Assembly: GCA_016927185.1 (NCBI GenBank)
Contig: JAFGND010000031.1
Location: 1-37,911, forward strand
Direction: 5' to 3'
Length of the DNA: 37,911 nt
Source: Candidatus Coatesbacteria bacterium
GTDB lineage: Bacteria; JAFGND01
Of the stretch, positions 17,437 through 27,750 are shown piece by piece. How positions within the stretch are numbered: position 1 is the stretch's first letter; each line of letters opens with the position of its first letter. The notes under the pieces were generated by a model, which made no database searches, had not been told where the DNA came from, and saw only the letters and a list, made by a program, of their open reading frames with translations. The position numbers and the translations under genes were made by a program.

Positions 17437-19323
17437 TTATAATTCCTCGCCTTTAGATTTGAATTTATCCCTGTAATCTGTTATTTTTAACGTTGTCTTC
17501 ATATTTTTTAGCCATGCATCAAATATCCATGCCTGTTTCATGTTATTTATACCCATGAAAATCAAACCGCTTGATGCATTGAATTTCTTTATATCTACAG
17601 GATCATGCTTTTTTACCTTGAAAAAGAAATATCCATTTTTAGATTTGAATATTTCAGATACTTTATCCAGAGATATTGTCCATGCAGTTTGTATGAAGTC
17701 TGATTCATTACCTAAAACTTCATGACCTTCGAAGAAATTGAATTCTTCTGTTTCCTTTGGTTTTATTTCGATATTTTCCCATGCTGTACCATTCTTGAGG
17801 TCTTCCAGAGCCGATTGGGCTTGTTTCTTGCTTATATCCATTGCATCATTCAATGCTAATTCCATTGCGATGTCTTCTTTGACTTCATTGAAATCTCTCA
17901 AGCCTGCAGGTTTGATATCTATAAGTTGACCAATATAATAACCCATAGAAGCATCTTCCTCTATTCCTTTAATTATATCACTTAATTCGCTTTTCTGGGC
18001 ATAAAGGAAAAAATCATTGAGCTCTTTTGCATAGTTGCCACCAGTTTTATCTGCCAATATTTCTTTTGTTTTATGAATTTCTAAGTTGTTGTCAGTTACT
18101 ACCTTATCAAAATTCTTCTGGGTTCTTATTGCTTCCAGTATTTGATTTGCCTTTTTGGCAGCAGAAGTTGTAGCTTTTTCACTTATATCTATGCGTATAA
18201 GTATATGCCTTACTTTAATTTCCCTGTCCTTATCTATTGCTGTTTCATCTTCCTTTTTAGTTTCTTTTTTCTTTTCTGGTTCACTTTTTTCTAATGCTTT
18301 TTCATCATCAATTTTTATTATATGATATCCAAATTCAGTCAGAAATGGCTTACTTAAATCACCTTTCTTCAAAGCAAAGCTTTCATCCTTGAATTTTTCA
18401 CTGAATTCACTGTCGGCTTTTATAAAACCAAGATCCCCTCCATTTTTTGATGTCCCTGGATCTTCAGAATATTTCCTTGCAAGATCAGCAAAATTCTTGC
18501 CTGCCTGAAGCATTGTATAAATGCTATCTATTTTTGATTTAGCTTTCAAAGTGTCTTCTTTCAGAGGAGAAGCTTTTATGAATATGTATTTACCATATCT
18601 TCTTTCCTCAACCTGGAACTTGCTTTGATTAGCCTTATAGTATTCCTTGAGTTTGGCATCATCATAGTTTTTTGTTAATTCATTATCCTTTACTATCTGT
18701 TTTATGTCAGCAAGAACATAGCTTAATTTGACCTTGTCTTCTCTTTTTGCAAAAAACTCTTTAGCCTCTTCAACAGGTACCCTTGATCCTGAAGCAATAA
18801 TTGTCTGCAGCTTCCATCTTGGGATAGTCTCTCTGTAATGTGCTATCAATCGTATTACTTCTCTATTATTTGGTGTAGAAAGGAATCTCAAATACTTTTG
18901 AGGATCGAACTGATTGTTTGTATGCATTGATGGTGAATTGGTTATCCAGGCAGGCAGGAACATGAGGTTTCTGGCAAACAAGTAAATCTCGCTATCAGAA
19001 GCAGTCAGATTTCTCTTCTTTGCTTCCCTTGAAACGATATAATCTTCTATCATTTTTTCCCATGCCTGGTCTTCAAGATTCTTTTTTATTTCCTTGTCAG
19101 GGGTTTTTCCTGTGGTTGCTTGAAAATCCTCGCTTAATTCGAATAATTTTTGAGAATAAACTGAATAGTCAATTCCTTCACCATTTATTTCAGCTATATA
19201 TTGCTCCTTTATCTTCTGACCCTGACTCCACTTTGCTCCCCAGGCTGCAAAAATGAAAGCAACAAATGAAATTACAATAACCCATATTATAACTTTCATA
19301 TATTTACGCATTACCCGCATCAT
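17437..19323 (-). CDS. PpiD/SurA-type membrane-anchored parvulin peptidyl-prolyl isomerase
   Basis: N-terminal TM, SurA-N domain, FADLARKYSEDPGTSKNGGDLG, TEFGYHII, VRHILI; start 19323 or GTG 19335. Confidence 0.9.
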   Translation of the reverse strand: MMRVMRKYMKVIIWVIVISFVAFIFAAWGAKWSQGQKIKEQYIAEINGEGIDYSVYSQKLFELSEDFQATTGKTPDKEIKKNLEDQAWEKMIEDYIVSREAKKRNLTASDSEIYLFARNLMFLPAWITNSPSMHTNNQFDPQKYLRFLSTPNNREVIRLIAHYRETIPRWKLQTIIASGSRVPVEEAKEFFAKREDKVKLSYVLADIKQIVKDNELTKNYDDAKLKEYYKANQSKFQVEERRYGKYIFIKASPLKEDTLKAKSKIDSIYTMLQAGKNFADLARKYSEDPGTSKNGGDLGFIKADSEFSEKFKDESFALKKGDLSKPFLTEFGYHIIKIDDEKALEKSEPEKKKETKKEDETAIDKDREIKVRHILIRIDISEKATTSAAKKANQILEAIRTQKNFDKVVTDNNLEIHKTKEILADKTGGNYAKELNDFFLYAQKSELSDIIKGIEEDASMGYYIGQLIDIKPAGLRDFNEVKEDIAMELALNDAMDISKKQAQSALEDLKNGTAWENIEIKPKETEEFNFFEGHEVLGNESDFIQTAWTISLDKVSEIFKSKNGYFFFKVKKHDPVDIKKFNASSGLIFMGINNMKQAWIFDAWLKNMKTTLKITDYRDKFKSKGEEL

Positions 19324-19448
19324 ATGAAAAACCACCTTCCGCTATAAAACTGACTAATGGAAAAACTTAAATTAGCCCTAAGTCTGTCAAGGCTTTTCCC
19401 TGATGGCATAGGATGCATGATAAAGAGCTTGATCTGGCAGTTTAATGC

Positions 19449-21680
19449 TTACTTGAGATTCCAGATTAATATTACCCCATCTCTGCTTGCTGAAAAGAGT
19501 CTTTCTTCATCTTCCGTTAAACAAAAGGCATCTATATATGTCGAATGTCCATGCATTGTATAAGATAGTCTTATTTCAGGATTGATTTCGAAAACAGCTA
19601 TATCACCCTTTTTAAAACCTGCAATTATTCTGTTATTCATTGCTTTAAAACAAGTTGCCATTCCATTACAGGATTTGAATTCATGCAAGATTGAACCCGT
19701 ATCAATCCTGTAAATCTTGAAACCATTCTCGGAAGAAACTGCTATGCAACTACTATTTCTGCAGAAAGCGACAGGACTTCTCCCCTTGACAGCTGAAAGA
19801 TTATTCAAATCATCGGTTTTCATTATCTTTATCACATCTTCTTCAGCAGTATATGCAAGCATATGATTGTCACTTGAAAAAATCGCTGAATATGATCCTG
19901 AAGTATTGTTGTCTATCCAATAAGAGTAATTTGCAATTTTTAAATCCTTGATATAGATTTTCTTATCATTAATTGCATCCAGAATATAATTATTCTGTAT
20001 ATTATCCGACATTTGTCCTTCAGTTATTTCTGTAGCAAGAATATAATTTTCATCAGCAGATATTGCTATTACTAAGTTCTGAGAAACCTCCTTCAGGATT
20101 TTTAAAGTTTCAGTATCAATGATCTTGAAAGATCCACTTGCCTCATCAAGTCCAATAGTATTCATCAATATCTTGGAATTTTTCATGATCCTTATGAAAT
20201 TAAAAAAGTTGGCTGAAGGTTCATCAAGAATATGGATTCTATTTATCTTGTCACTTTTCAAATCCCCATATTCAACATAAGTTTTCTCCAGAGTATCAAT
20301 CACTGTAGCGGCAAAATAGCATTTATCATCATGAAATCTTATATCACCATTACATCCATTTTGGTACTTCTTCACTATCTTCCCGGTTTCAGTATCCCAT
20401 AATGTTAAATCCCAGTATTCAGAACCTTCAAGAAAGGAGTGAGATTCTGACGTAACATATTTACCTGAGCTTGATATATTAATATGATTAAATCCACCTA
20501 TATCAGAACCTGATATTTTTTTCAACAAGCGAAAGTCCTGTTTTTCATTGAAATCAGGATTCCAGACAGTAATATCTTCACCAGTCAAGGCAATGAGTTT
20601 GTTATTATCAGTGTATACAAGTTTGCTTATATTTGAGGAAGAGCCCATTAATGTCTTGACTATTTTCCAGTTATCAGTATCCCAGATGTTTATCTTTCCA
20701 AAGCTGCCTGAAGTAGCAAGATACTTATTGTCTTTCGATAAACATATTGCACTCATTGTGCTTCCAAAATAGCCTTCAGAATTTGTATCAAGTTTTTTAT
20801 TGTTTTTGCTGTTCTTCAAATCCCATACATATAATTGATTTGATATAATCCCTTCTGTATTATAAAACATCCCGATTATAAGTTCTTTGTTATCTTCAGT
20901 AAAAGCATAGGATCCTATATCAAATGGAATTCCGTCATTAATTTCCTTCGAAGGGACTATTCTCTTGCCTGATTTTATATTCCATAGAATTACTGAGTAA
21001 TCAATCTCATCAATGCAGACGAGGAATTTACCATCATTAGAAAAAGCAAGTGGTGCAAAACCTCTCAATTTTTTAAGTTGTTTACCAGTTTCAATCTCCA
21101 AGATGATAATAGAAGAATCTTTATTGGTATATGCAAATAACCTACTGTCATTTGAAAAAGCAGTTCCATTATCATTATACCCATAGTTTACGCTATTATA
21201 GCTTAAGATTTCTTTTCCAGACTTTGCTTGAAAAAGCCTTGATCTTGTTGATAAATAATTATTGTCTGGAGAGATTTTAAAGGGATAGAATAATTCATCA
21301 TTCGAATCAGCAGTATTGATCTTGTTAATCTCAGTTAAATCTTTGAATCTCATTAATCTGATAGATCTGTCTGTCGTATCTCTGTATGCCAATATGCTTG
21401 CATCATTAGATATTGTTATCTTCGTAGCATTTGTACCAAACTCCACTTTCCTTATAAGACCAGTTTTGGTATCATAACCGCAATCCATGCAATATCTGAG
21501 ATCCGGATTATTATTACTGGTTGCATCCTTCTTGCAGCAAGAAAACTGGATGCTATCAACTTTCTTGAAATTGCAATTAGGACATCTGGTAGAAGTATCC
21601 TCATTAATATTATTGCACATTGGACAATGCCATGCTGATATTATGTCTATCCATATTAGAACAACAATCAAGAATTTCAT
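19449..21680 (-). CDS. WD40 beta-propeller protein with predicted signal peptide and N-terminal zinc ribbons
   Basis: GGAGG RBS before ATG 21680; signal peptide MKFLIVVLIWIDIISA; WHCPMC..N..CPNC and CMDC; many WD repeats (LATSGSFGKINIWD, GHSTYIDA..LFSASRDGVILIWN). Confidence 0.88.
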   Translation of the reverse strand: MKFLIVVLIWIDIISAWHCPMCNNINEDTSTRCPNCNFKKVDSIQFSCCKKDATSNNNPDLRYCMDCGYDTKTGLIRKVEFGTNATKITISNDASILAYRDTTDRSIRLMRFKDLTEINKINTADSNDELFYPFKISPDNNYLSTRSRLFQAKSGKEILSYNSVNYGYNDNGTAFSNDSRLFAYTNKDSSIIILEIETGKQLKKLRGFAPLAFSNDGKFLVCIDEIDYSVILWNIKSGKRIVPSKEINDGIPFDIGSYAFTEDNKELIIGMFYNTEGIISNQLYVWDLKNSKNNKKLDTNSEGYFGSTMSAICLSKDNKYLATSGSFGKINIWDTDNWKIVKTLMGSSSNISKLVYTDNNKLIALTGEDITVWNPDFNEKQDFRLLKKISGSDIGGFNHINISSSGKYVTSESHSFLEGSEYWDLTLWDTETGKIVKKYQNGCNGDIRFHDDKCYFAATVIDTLEKTYVEYGDLKSDKINRIHILDEPSANFFNFIRIMKNSKILMNTIGLDEASGSFKIIDTETLKILKEVSQNLVIAISADENYILATEITEGQMSDNIQNNYILDAINDKKIYIKDLKIANYSYWIDNNTSGSYSAIFSSDNHMLAYTAEEDVIKIMKTDDLNNLSAVKGRSPVAFCRNSSCIAVSSENGFKIYRIDTGSILHEFKSCNGMATCFKAMNNRIIAGFKKGDIAVFEINPEIRLSYTMHGHSTYIDAFCLTEDEERLFSASRDGVILIWNLK

Positions 21681-21789
21681 AATTCCTCCACTAATAAAGT
21701 CATAGTTCACCTGATTACTATTACGAACCTGCAAATGACAGGATCAGTTAACATGTTTGATTATCAATTCAATGCTATAAAGATACTTT

Positions 21790-24700
21790 CTATTCATCTG
21801 TTTTTTTCCTGATCCTTTCTTTCCATTTTTCAGCATTTTCATGATCTGATAGGAGTTCATAAAGATCTATAATATTTCGTATATTGTAAATCAAGTCAGG
21901 ATGATATCTGACAAAGTTTCTTGTTCTTATTGAATTGCATTTTAGAAGGTATTCCATTGCCTTGTCATATTGTCCCATCTCCTTGAAAATTGTTCCTATG
22001 CATTCATAAGGATAGCTTATATCCGAATGATCCTCAGTCATGATCTTCCTTGCTATTTCGATTGACTTGTTAATCATTTCAATAGCTTCTTTGTATTTTT
22101 TCTGTTTCCTGAATATTTCAGCATAGGCATTGTAAACGCTTACCATATAACTATTATCTTCTCCGTACAATTTACTGTATCTTTCGGAAAACTTGTCTAT
22201 ATATTCCTTTGCCAATTCAAGTTTATCCGCTTCAAGATAGTTCAATCCCATGTTGCATACATTAGTTAATGTGAAATAATGATCATGACCGAATATTTTC
22301 TCACACATATATTCTGCATTCTTCAGTTTTTTCTCTGCTTCTTCATAATTCTTAAGTTTTATGAATACTGTTCCTAGAGTGGCAGTATTCATAACCGTTT
22401 TGGGGTGACTGGCTCCAAATATCTGAAGATATATATTTGAAGATCTCTCTATATACTTGAGCGTCTCTTTGTATTCACCTGTCCTGAAATATGCGATTGC
22501 CAGGTTATGAAGAAAATCTGCATATCTTGGATTAAGTGAATCATCCTTGTAATCCTTAAGAATAATCTCGTAATATCTTATGGTATCGTCTATATTATCA
22601 TTTATTTTATGGAAAACAGCAAAAGTATTGAATATATTATTCCTGATATCTTTGTTTATATCATGAACATCAGTTATTTCAGATAATAACTTGATATATA
22701 CGGCTGCTTCAGTTTTTCTGTTCATTCTAAGGTATGAGAAGCATATTGAATTATATATTTCAGCTATTTCATTGAAATCCGGTGTATTTATGTTTTCATG
22801 GATTTCAAGTGATTTGTGGAAATAATCCAGGCATTTATCGAATTGTCCCAGATCCTTCAGTAGCATTCCATAGTTTTTGTATAGGACTGCTTTTCTGGAC
22901 ATATCTTCACTATCTTCATTTGAACTGATTAATTCTGATATTATGCTTTCTGCAGCATTATATTCTGCCAGTTCTTTATGAAGCTGAAATTGTTTCAATT
23001 TTATACTGTCTATTTCCTCTGTATCACATAGTAAGCTTATCAACTTCTTGTTCTTCTCTATCACCTCTCTGTATCTATATCTGAGCTCATCATATTCACT
23101 TCCCAATCTCAAGTAATGCTTTAGTTTTTCCAGATCCCTGCCTTTCTCTGAATGAATACAAAGCTCATCAAGATATTCATTCATGTTTTCCTTATAAAGG
23201 TTTTCAATGAGATTGAGCACCAATAAATGAAGTGCAGCTCTTCTTTCTGAAAGCTGCATTTCATATGCTACATCCCTTATCAAGGCATGCGTAAAGAAAT
23301 AGCTGACTTCCTCAATATTTATCGCAATCTCTTCAGGTATAATCATTTGTGCTTTTTCAGCAACTTCAAGATTGTAATTGATATCCTTATCTGAAAGAAG
23401 CATTCTTGATAAAAGACCAATAGAGAATTTCTGACCTATTATACTGGCATGTTGAAGCATATCTTTCAGCTGAACACCAAGAGAATCAATTCTTGCGATT
23501 ATCAAGCTATCTATACTGGATGGCAGGTCAAATACAGATTTTGAGAATTCCCATTTATCATCTACAAGTCTTAATGCATTTGATTCCTTGAGATGCTTGA
23601 GCCATTGTTCTATATAAAAGGGATTGCTGGAGGATTTTCTTGAAAGGAAATCTTTTACATGACACGACAGATTGCTGTTTCCAAGGATGAAATATGCAAA
23701 TTGCTCTTCCAGACCACTTTTTAGTTCACATAATTCCATTTCCTTAACGGTGCATTTACCTGTTTTTGTGAAAATAACCTTTGAACCATCATTTCTATAC
23801 CTGCTTGTAACAATAATCATTATCGGAAAACCATCGATTTCCTCTATCAGGTTTTCGATGAATTCCTTACTTGTAGAATCAAGCCATTGACCATCTTCAA
23901 TTTCCATGATAAGAGGCTTGATTTGTGATTGAGCCTTGAATAGTTCCTTCAATCCAGTGAAAAGAATGTCTTTTTTCAATTTTATATTGTCTATTTTAGA
24001 AAAAAGCGAGTCTTCTATTGTTATGCCAAGCTCATTAGCAACAAAAGAGTGAGTCCTCAGGATTTCATCCTTTATATTTCTTGATATTGAATCATTCTCG
24101 ATTATCTCATTCAATTTGAAAATAAATCTGCTTTTATTGCCTTCGTTATCATTCTCCCTCTGGTTGAAAAAATGCATCAGGAAATTCTTTATTGAATCAA
24201 GTGATTTGGAAACAACACCGTCGCAGACGAATTGAAACCAGCAGTGTTTTATGTTATTCTCTTCCAGATGTTCTTTGAGTGAATACACAAGCTTGCTTTT
24301 CCCAATTCCAGGATTGCCATGAATATAGAACACCCCACCTGTTCCTGTGCTGAGTATGGTTTCATTCAGATAATCAAGCAGGTTCTTTATCTCATTCTCT
24401 CTTCCAATTAGAGGAAGGGATGAGAATTTTTTTTGTACAAACTGCTTCATTCCAATATATCTATAAACAGGCAATTTAAGGCTTTTACCCTTGAAAAGTT
24501 TCATAGTTGACAAGGGAATTCGCGCAAAGGAAGATGCTTTTTCAGCTGTTTCTTTGCTGCAATATATCTCGTTTATTTCACCTACAAACGCAAGTCTCGC
24601 TGCCAGATTTACTAGATCTCCAAGTGATGTGTATTCTTTCCTCTTTTTTCCTCCTGCTTCTCCTGTATAAGCCAATCCATAAGTTATACCCATAGTATAG

Positions 24701-25638
24701 AACATATTCAAATCGCTCTTTCTTATTTCATTCCTGAACTTGTTTACAAAGAGGAAAGCCCTTTTGAGATCATCCTCATGACTTTTAGGAAAACCGAAAA
24801 AAATCAGGAATTTTGCACCTTTGTCACCAAAATCAAGCCTGGATAAAAAACCTTCATATTCAGTCAGAACAGAGCTTGTTATTTTATAGAGTTTATCTAT
24901 ATTTTCAAAACTGAGATGCCCCTTGAAAGGCATGAATATAGTAGCTATTTGTCTGAATTCACCACCAGACCAATTCAGTAGCTCTTCAGGGATGAATTGT
25001 CTTAATATTCTCCTGTCAATACTTGATCCCCTGATAATAAAATCCGTCCTTGCAATGCTTTCAATATCAGTAATACCAATATCTTCAGCAAGGCTGAAAG
25101 ATCCACCAGACGTTACATGTTCAAGTTCGGCTGCTTTTTCAATTGCAGATCCCCTGAAGTAATACCCCATATTTTCCTTATTTCCAACTATTCCCCACTC
25201 AATCTCTCCGAAAGCGACCCCAATCTTAACTTCAAGTTTTAGTTCCCCGAATTCAGTTTTCATATTCCCATTCTGTTCAAAGTGGTTCAGTATTTCACGA
25301 CAGCTTGAAACAGAATGCTTTTTTATTAAATCACTGTCTCTTGAATCATCTACAGGAAAAATTGCAGTGCAACTGTCTCCACCAAATGATGAAATGAAGC
25401 CCCTGTGAGTATATATTGCTTCTATCATTGGCTCAAATGATGCCTGAAGGACTTGAGTTAATATTTCACTTCCATGTTTGCCATGATTGAGGAGTTTTTC
25501 TGTTAGGGCAGTGAATCCTGAGATGTCACAGAAAATGACATAAGCCACGAAATTTCCTTCAAACAACTCCTGCTTTAGTTTATCTAATATGAAATCAGGA
25601 ATAAGTTTATTGCATTCAAGATTTAAATCCGTATTCAT
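21790..25638 (-). CDS. Soluble adenylyl cyclase-like protein: two class III cyclase domains + STAND/AAA ATPase + TPR
   Basis: FCDISGFT, FGGD; GDKG, LGDLVNLAARL; IGRENE, GNPGIGKS, IEDGQWLD, NPFYIE, IIARIDSL, FTHALIRDVAY; kinesin-light-chain-like TPRs (FGASHP). Start 25638 (track 25695). Confidence 0.92.
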   Translation of the reverse strand: MNTDLNLECNKLIPDFILDKLKQELFEGNFVAYVIFCDISGFTALTEKLLNHGKHGSEILTQVLQASFEPMIEAIYTHRGFISSFGGDSCTAIFPVDDSRDSDLIKKHSVSSCREILNHFEQNGNMKTEFGELKLEVKIGVAFGEIEWGIVGNKENMGYYFRGSAIEKAAELEHVTSGGSFSLAEDIGITDIESIARTDFIIRGSSIDRRILRQFIPEELLNWSGGEFRQIATIFMPFKGHLSFENIDKLYKITSSVLTEYEGFLSRLDFGDKGAKFLIFFGFPKSHEDDLKRAFLFVNKFRNEIRKSDLNMFYTMGITYGLAYTGEAGGKKRKEYTSLGDLVNLAARLAFVGEINEIYCSKETAEKASSFARIPLSTMKLFKGKSLKLPVYRYIGMKQFVQKKFSSLPLIGRENEIKNLLDYLNETILSTGTGGVFYIHGNPGIGKSKLVYSLKEHLEENNIKHCWFQFVCDGVVSKSLDSIKNFLMHFFNQRENDNEGNKSRFIFKLNEIIENDSISRNIKDEILRTHSFVANELGITIEDSLFSKIDNIKLKKDILFTGLKELFKAQSQIKPLIMEIEDGQWLDSTSKEFIENLIEEIDGFPIMIIVTSRYRNDGSKVIFTKTGKCTVKEMELCELKSGLEEQFAYFILGNSNLSCHVKDFLSRKSSSNPFYIEQWLKHLKESNALRLVDDKWEFSKSVFDLPSSIDSLIIARIDSLGVQLKDMLQHASIIGQKFSIGLLSRMLLSDKDINYNLEVAEKAQMIIPEEIAINIEEVSYFFTHALIRDVAYEMQLSERRAALHLLVLNLIENLYKENMNEYLDELCIHSEKGRDLEKLKHYLRLGSEYDELRYRYREVIEKNKKLISLLCDTEEIDSIKLKQFQLHKELAEYNAAESIISELISSNEDSEDMSRKAVLYKNYGMLLKDLGQFDKCLDYFHKSLEIHENINTPDFNEIAEIYNSICFSYLRMNRKTEAAVYIKLLSEITDVHDINKDIRNNIFNTFAVFHKINDNIDDTIRYYEIILKDYKDDSLNPRYADFLHNLAIAYFRTGEYKETLKYIERSSNIYLQIFGASHPKTVMNTATLGTVFIKLKNYEEAEKKLKNAEYMCEKIFGHDHYFTLTNVCNMGLNYLEADKLELAKEYIDKFSERYSKLYGEDNSYMVSVYNAYAEIFRKQKKYKEAIEMINKSIEIARKIMTEDHSDISYPYECIGTIFKEMGQYDKAMEYLLKCNSIRTRNFVRYHPDLIYNIRNIIDLYELLSDHENAEKWKERIRKKTDE

Positions 25639-25752
25639 GTAGCCTTCCGCATCTACCTGTATCAAAGCTGTCAATGATTTGTCAAGAATTATCAAGTAAT
25701 AAGCAAGTTAATAGTACAATTCTGTCCAATACAAGATTCAATCCATTGCTGC

Positions 25753-25770
25753 TTTCAAGAATTCTTGAAA
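25753..25770. promoter_or_regulatory. 18-bp perfect palindrome in divergent promoter region
   Basis: TTTCAAGAATTCTTGAAA. Confidence 0.45.
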
Positions 25771-25874
25771 ATTGATAAATGCTGATGCTTTTTAATTTCA
25801 AAAGTCTTGACATCAGATTCACTTCCTTGAAACAGGTCAGCAGTTATCATAATCGGGGTAATAAATCAGTTAAA

Positions 25875-26288
25875 ATGGTATCATTTAACAGATTAGTCTT
25901 TTTTGTATTGGTTACATTTTGTAATGATTTGTTAGCAAATCATTTAAGCAATGTTTATTTCACGAATTATCTTGAAGGCGAAAAAATTGGTCTCAAGATA
26001 ACCGAAATAGTTGCTGATCCAGCTAATACTGTTTACTTGATTATTGAAACCAAGAATAATGCTTCTCCCGAGATGTTTGTGGCAAGATGGATTGCACCGG
26101 ATGGAACAGTATATGATCTTGGTCTGGGAGCCAGTTATATAAGCAGCAGAATGAAAATCTGTTATTTTTTTCTGGGGTGCAGTGAAGATATGCCAACAGG
26201 GAAATGGCAGGTTGAAATATATTACGATAAAAACAGGGAAAAGACTGTTGAGCTGAATGTCCTTCCGAATGACGCTTCAAATAAATAG
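25875..26288 (+). CDS. Hypothetical exported Ig-like beta-sandwich protein
   Basis: Signal-like N-terminus; WIAPDG and PTGKWQVEIYYD motifs; start 25875 (track 25779). Confidence 0.65.
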   Translation: MVSFNRLVFFVLVTFCNDLLANHLSNVYFTNYLEGEKIGLKITEIVADPANTVYLIIETKNNASPEMFVARWIAPDGTVYDLGLGASYISSRMKICYFFLGCSEDMPTGKWQVEIYYDKNREKTVELNVLPNDASNK

Positions 26289-27750
26289 CATCCTTAAAGA
26301 CAAAAATTATTTGATTCTTGTATTATGTTTCTTCATATTATATTTTTTTATTCTTTTGCTTCCTTTGAAGTTGCTTGAACCTGATGATAATACTTTCAAG
26401 ATAGGAGCAGATTTAGTAAGCAAGGGAAAGTTGTACTTCACTAAGAGTGAGTTCGAGATAGCAAAGGAAGAATACCTTAAAACAAATAACCATCCTGTAC
26501 CACTTTTTATAAGAAATGGCGATAAATTCTATCCAGAGAAATCTCCTGGATGGTGGTTTTTTCTAGGTATTGCAAAAACAATACATATAGAGAGATATGT
26601 TATACTATTATTTGCTATTGTTTTTTTTGTTTCATTTCTTTTTTTAAGGAATCATTCATCTGAAGAATTTTCAGATAATACAATTCTGTCAGGCTTGTTG
26701 TTTCTTCTGACTCCAGGATTTATCACTCTGCTTTACAGGCCTTATTTGAGTGATTTTCCGGCAGCAGCAATAATATCATTAGCTGGCTATCTAGCTTATA
26801 CTTCAAGGAGAAATCTCTCCTTTTTCTTTCTGGGTTTTTTTTCAGGTCTTGCCATAACTTTCAGATATGCGCATTTCCCATTGATCTTGTTTTTTATAGT
26901 ATTCAGTATCCTTATGAACAAGTCTTTCAAGAATGCATTATTTATTGCAACAGGTCTTGCAGTATCATTATTTCCATTGTTGTTATTCTTTTACAAAGTT
27001 ACTGGAAGCATTCTGGGAATCAATTATAGTTATATTAATTCTAACAAGCAGATATTTTCCTTGTTTGCCATAAAGAGGAATTTTCCCAAACTATTACCAA
27101 TACTTATTTGTGCATATCCCCATCTGTTTATACTTCCCTTCATGTCATTCTCAGAGATAAAGAAGAGCTTTGCAAGAAGCAAATTGACTGCCTTTTTGAT
27201 AATATGGTTTCTTATTGCATTTGTTCCCTATCTGTTTTTTTGCTGGCTGAGACATCAAGCCTATCCTTTCATGGCAAGATTTGAATTAACAGGCCTGGTT
27301 CCGTTAGTTCTATTGTCTTTGATTGTGTTGAAAAGCATGAAAAAGAAACACTCATTAGCTCTGATTTCGTTTGTATTTCTGTTTTCTGCATTCAGTATAT
27401 TCACCTTTTTTAATGAATGGATCATAAACCCGACTTATGTTGATGAAAACAATAAAAGTAAACCTAAAAAGGAGTTTTTTATTGCCCTGGATGACGCAGA
27501 TGAATCACTTGACAGACTTATTCTTGAAACAACACATGCAATGTACCTGACCGTTGAATACCAGATGGGATTCATGAAAACCAGAAATGATTTTTCGAAA
27601 AGCAATCAAAATGACTTGCATAATTTGGTATTAGTCAGCGAGTGGGTGGAACAGGAAATCAGGGAACCAGGCAGAATTAATAATGAAAAACAGGCTGAAA
27701 TCAGACGTATTTTAAGAACGATTAAAGAAGGATATTTGTATGGCAATTAG
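26257..27750 (+). CDS. Polytopic membrane protein, GT-C fold glycosyltransferase-like (PMT/ArnT superfamily)
   Basis: EPDD after first TM, YPEKSPG loop, SDFPAA, TFRY, many TM helices; start 26257 or 26269. Confidence 0.65.
   Translation: MSFRMTLQINSILKDKNYLILVLCFFILYFFILLLPLKLLEPDDNTFKIGADLVSKGKLYFTKSEFEIAKEEYLKTNNHPVPLFIRNGDKFYPEKSPGWWFFLGIAKTIHIERYVILLFAIVFFVSFLFLRNHSSEEFSDNTILSGLLFLLTPGFITLLYRPYLSDFPAAAIISLAGYLAYTSRRNLSFFFLGFFSGLAITFRYAHFPLILFFIVFSILMNKSFKNALFIATGLAVSLFPLLLFFYKVTGSILGINYSYINSNKQIFSLFAIKRNFPKLLPILICAYPHLFILPFMSFSEIKKSFARSKLTAFLIIWFLIAFVPYLFFCWLRHQAYPFMARFELTGLVPLVLLSLIVLKSMKKKHSLALISFVFLFSAFSIFTFFNEWIINPTYVDENNKSKPKKEFFIALDDADESLDRLILETTHAMYLTVEYQMGFMKTRNDFSKSNQNDLHNLVLVSEWVEQEIREPGRINNEKQAEIRRILRTIKEGYLYGN

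Noticed and set aside
19357-19563. 68-aa plus-strand ORF between the WD40 gene and ppiD
   Set aside because: Overlaps the WD40 3' end and the ppiD promoter, has no RBS and shows no motif.
21757-21767. TTGAT-T-ATCAA resembling an FNR site
   Set aside because: The spacer is 1 nt rather than 4; plausible by chance in AT-rich DNA.
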